DNA from: Myxococcota bacterium
Lineage (GTDB): Bacteria; Myxococcota_A; UBA796; GCA-2862545
DNA length: 64,000 nt
Direction of reading: 5' to 3'
Assembly (NCBI GenBank): GCA_039208735.1
Contig: JBCCQY010000008.1
Span: 34,703-98,702 of the forward strand
Shown: in pieces, positions 60,648 through 64,000 of the stretch
Position numbering within the stretch: the first letter of the stretch is position 1
Layout: each line of letters begins with the position of its first letter
Notes under the pieces: model-generated
The model's input: the letters and a program-made list of their open reading frames with translations, nothing else
Told to the model about the DNA's origin: nothing
Database searches by the model: none
Made by a program: the position numbers and the translations under genes

Positions 60648-63600
60648 GCACCGAACCAAACTTCTCGTCGCTTGAGCCCTCGTGGCCGTTGGCTCTGCTT
60701 CCGGTTCGGCTTGAAGCCAGGTACCTGGGTGACAATCTTCTTGTTCGTATCTACCCCGACAGAATTCACGCCGATGCGCACAACCCGGTCCTGACACCCA
60801 GCGAAGTCCAGATGGGTGAGGCGTACTGGCAGACTGTTTGGGGATACGTCGACGCATCGGTCGTTACCGAGGCGCGAGAGTGGCTTGCAACTCAGGTTGG
60901 CGCCCATCGCGCTCCCTTCGTCATTTCACAAACGACCCCCACCAACCTTACGCACACCCCACGCCCCGCAAATCCAGTATTCGGAAACGTATCCACGGGT
61001 CGGGCACCTCCCGTGTTCGCGAGGCTGCTACCGGACTACTGGATGGTCCGGGTCTACGACGCCGACAAGAACTTGCGATGGACCGGATTCACGAATCCGG
61101 TTGATCAAAACCTCGTAATGGCACCTAATCTCCAGGAGTTCTCCGAGGTGGATTCGAGTGGCCAACCTCGGGAAGCAGTAGATGCCTGGCTTGAGGACCA
61201 AAATGCATCGTGGAACATCAACTTTGCGGAAGCCGAGACCAAAGGGATGGCTATCACGATTCCGCGGGCCAGCATTCCCGACTTCATTGGACTTCTCCTC
61301 GTTGTCGGTGTGCGAGCGAATCGCGATCCCATCAACGAAGCCGAGGCGCTCGACCATCAGTTTCACGCCCATCGATATACGCGCGGACTCGACTTTCTGC
61401 CCCAAGGGACGCCCACCAACAACACAGACACCGCCCGTTCTGGTATCTCACTTGATAGTCCCGATGTCGATAGGTTGGTCCTCCTCGACGGTCAGACCCC
61501 TACCTTTACCGCGGCAGATCGCCGGGCCGAGTACGAACTCGACAACTCTAAACTCTACCGCATCTCTGCGGCCGATGCACTTTCAATCGCGCTTGGAAGG
61601 CCCGACCCTGGCGCACTCGATCAGCTAGAGCACTCGGCCTGGAACGACGGAGAGGAAGCGTGGGCATTTCACCGGAGCGTCTGGCCAGCTGCGTTTCCCC
61701 ACTACCTCGACGTCTACATGGCGAAGCGCACAGAGATCCCGTTCATAAATGAGCGTGACGAGTTGACACGGTGGGCGGAGCAGTGGGTGCGAGGAGGCGC
61801 GGCCCTACCGGTTCTACGAGTGGGTGAAATGCCTTACGGTGTGCTCCCTGTCACCCATCGTCCTCGCACCTTGCCAGGAGCAACACACTTCCACCACAAG
61901 GTGGAGGACTTCCTCCGCCCGGCCTTCGACTTCTGGCGGAACAGCAAAGCCCCTGCACTCGACCCTGACGCAACGGATAGTGTACCGTCGGGAGGCGGCG
62001 CGACATCGGTTGTGATCGCATCAGAGGTCATGGCTTCCGTCCCTCATCCCTTCAACTTGCAACTTCGTCGCGCCGTTCGAAATGATGACAGGGGACGTTG
62101 GACAACGCTCCTGGAATACTTTCACGACAATTTGATCGGATTCAATATCGCCAATACTTGGGTCTATACAAGACGACCATCCGTAGAGATCTTCCCCCCT
62201 GGCTCTGACGCCATCAGCATCAACACACAATATGATTTGATGGACAACCAGTGGCGCTCGGAGATTCTGGCGTACGCACCTGCGGGTACGGATCCCGGCG
62301 AAGCCACCGACCTTCTAAATGTACTGGACGATGATGTACTACCCCTGCTCTACACAAGATGGAGGGTATACGAGTTTGCTCCTGAGTTTCTTCGCAATCT
62401 CTGGATTGAGCATGCCGGTTTTGGCAGTCTTGATAGCCTCCTCGCAGCCGACTATACCTACGACACACACGCAGAACCTGTCCATGACGTGGTCGCAGTA
62501 AATGGCAATCTCGTAGATGTCCAGAATCGGATTGAAACGTACATCAATAATCTGAATGGGTACATCGCAGGTACAATGACGGTCGACCGAGAGCGGGCGC
62601 TCGTCGCACAGAGCCACTCGCTCCTGATTCATATCCTCGACCACGCGTACCAATACGAAAACGACCTCCAAAAGCTCGTGGATACACTCACTGTGGTGAA
62701 GGCGACTACGGAGCGGCAAGACCTCCCTGATGTCATTGCGCACGTCGACCGCTTGCTACGTGAAGCGATTAGTGTCAACACCCTCCGCATCGACGCCTGG
62801 TTGACAAGCATAGCCAACCGGAAACTTGCCGCGATGAGACAAGAACAGTCGCATGGAATTCATCTTGGTGGCTACGGCTGGCTCGTCGACCTTGAGCCGA
62901 GTGATACCGACAAACCGACCCAAGGCTTTCTGCATACGCCAAGCCTGAGTCATGCGACGACCGCAGCGGTCTTGCGTGCCGGTTGGAGTGCGTTTGGGAC
63001 AGGAGATCAGGCCTCCCCCCTTGCGGTAAACCTTTCCGGAGACCGCGTCTTGGGCGGACAGTGGATCCTTGACGCGGTCCGCAACGGACAAGACATCGGC
63101 GAGCTTCTCGGCGCTCGATTCGAGCGTTGGCTCCATGATGAGCACGCCGATGTCCATATTGAAACTGTACGTTCGGAGGCTCTCGCTGCCGTGGGGCGCA
63201 ATGGTGAGCCCCCCACTCAGATTGTTGACGGGCTGTTGTTGGCTCGCGCAACCCTGGATCACGATCTGACGCCGCACGAATTCGCCATGAAGAGTGCACT
63301 TGGCGGAATGGCTGCGGTCGTTCAAGAGAAGGCTGCCCTGCTAGCAAACGACCTCGACGCCGTTGCAGACTTGCTGATGACGCAATCCATTCACTCCCTA
63401 GCGCAAGGGAACAACGAAACGGCTGCAGCAGCGATGGCCGCGATGGGCGGAGGTGACGGGGGGGTCCCTAAAGTGGAAGCCACCCAAACCCGGCAGGCGG
63501 CTCAACTCATGCGCGTTCGTGTGATTGCAACCTGGAACCCACCTTCCCCTTCCCCTCCCGCAACCGAGGTGCTTCGCTCTGCGAACCCCGGCCTATGGAA

Positions 63601-64000
63601 CTGGCTCTTACAGCAACTTCCTCCTGCCAGCGGGGTGTTCTTCGAACAGTCCATCTTGGATGACGATGGCTCGGTCATCAGCACCCAGATCCTGTCACTC
63701 AGTCAAACGCCTCTTCCCATCGGTCAAGCAGCCTTCATGACGAGCGCGGAGGCAACACAGCAGGGATCCCGTCTGGGAAAAGCGATTCGAGCGCTGGCCG
63801 CACAAACGGCGGGAGTTCCGGTCGCGCAGGTCGTGCTAAACACGGGTGTAGCGGGCAACTTCAATATCGACGAATTCGGCATCATGGCCGCATGCCTCGT
63901 CGATGCACTGGGACGAGCACGTGGGCTACAGGACGAGGACCTCAAAGCACCCGGAGATCAGTCCGTTCAAACAAATCCTGATCTCCAGGACCTCGCCAAT
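60644..64000 (+). CDS. Very large conserved hypothetical protein of DUF6603 loci, 3'-truncated by window edge (not in ORF track)
   Basis: TTG overlapping the upstream TGA; PLALLPVRLEARY..VRIYPDRIH, QGTPTNNT, LRVGEMPYGVLP, RIDAWLTS, GGYGWL, GFLHTPSL.HATTAAVLR, LLGARFER; no ORF-track entry terminates in this frame. Confidence 0.85.
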   Translation, partial: MSTEPNFSSLEPSWPLALLPVRLEARYLGDNLLVRIYPDRIHADAHNPVLTPSEVQMGEAYWQTVWGYVDASVVTEAREWLATQVGAHRAPFVISQTTPTNLTHTPRPANPVFGNVSTGRAPPVFARLLPDYWMVRVYDADKNLRWTGFTNPVDQNLVMAPNLQEFSEVDSSGQPREAVDAWLEDQNASWNINFAEAETKGMAITIPRASIPDFIGLLLVVGVRANRDPINEAEALDHQFHAHRYTRGLDFLPQGTPTNNTDTARSGISLDSPDVDRLVLLDGQTPTFTAADRRAEYELDNSKLYRISAADALSIALGRPDPGALDQLEHSAWNDGEEAWAFHRSVWPAAFPHYLDVYMAKRTEIPFINERDELTRWAEQWVRGGAALPVLRVGEMPYGVLPVTHRPRTLPGATHFHHKVEDFLRPAFDFWRNSKAPALDPDATDSVPSGGGATSVVIASEVMASVPHPFNLQLRRAVRNDDRGRWTTLLEYFHDNLIGFNIANTWVYTRRPSVEIFPPGSDAISINTQYDLMDNQWRSEILAYAPAGTDPGEATDLLNVLDDDVLPLLYTRWRVYEFAPEFLRNLWIEHAGFGSLDSLLAADYTYDTHAEPVHDVVAVNGNLVDVQNRIETYINNLNGYIAGTMTVDRERALVAQSHSLLIHILDHAYQYENDLQKLVDTLTVVKATTERQDLPDVIAHVDRLLREAISVNTLRIDAWLTSIANRKLAAMRQEQSHGIHLGGYGWLVDLEPSDTDKPTQGFLHTPSLSHATTAAVLRAGWSAFGTGDQASPLAVNLSGDRVLGGQWILDAVRNGQDIGELLGARFERWLHDEHADVHIETVRSEALAAVGRNGEPPTQIVDGLLLARATLDHDLTPHEFAMKSALGGMAAVVQEKAALLANDLDAVADLLMTQSIHSLAQGNNETAAAAMAAMGGGDGGVPKVEATQTRQAAQLMRVRVIATWNPPSPSPPATEVLRSANPGLWNWLLQQLPPASGVFFEQSILDDDGSVISTQILSLSQTPLPIGQAAFMTSAEATQQGSRLGKAIRALAAQTAGVPVAQVVLNTGVAGNFNIDEFGIMAACLVDALGRARGLQDEDLKAPGDQSVQTNPDLQDLAN

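Noticed and set aside
1..64000. Genome-wide reassignment of TAG to an amino acid
   Set aside because: Many genes end at TAG exactly where their families end (TetR 11596, HK 35989, hydrolase 11023, DUF6603 58065)
49800..64000. Prophage or integrative element
   Set aside because: No integrase, terminase, capsid, tRNA or att-like direct repeat was recognised in the window

Overview
GC-rich bacterial DNA, most consistent with a Myxococcota genome (MopE-type Cys/Asp repeats, TIGR02996-like LRR proteins, a MYXO-CTERM-like tail, many lipoproteins). No rRNA, tRNA, CRISPR array or transposase was recognised. Most of the window is accessory: one-component regulators with clearly visible operators, two two-component systems, miaE, and secreted or lipid-anchored proteins. 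Two loci stand out. (1) 2369-10084 is a translationally coupled four-gene operon with no signal peptides: caspase-like protease, alpha/beta-hydrolase fused to a neutral-ceramidase-like domain, HExxH zincin, and metzincin. It looks like a protease-activated, lipid-targeting conflict system. The fusion is split in the ORF track by a single in-frame TAG just upstream of its GHSAG nucleophile. (2) 49824-64000 is a DUF6603 giant-protein operon whose third gene is absent from the ORF track because it runs off the window. It is divergent from a large peptidoglycan-binding/lysozyme-like gene and an exported candidate immunity gene. A second in-frame TAG, at a conserved Glu, interrupts a double-wHTH STAND regulator. 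There are also bacterial APCDD1-like and BPI/LBP-like candidate lipid-binding proteins. All family assignments come from motif recognition by eye; no searches were run.
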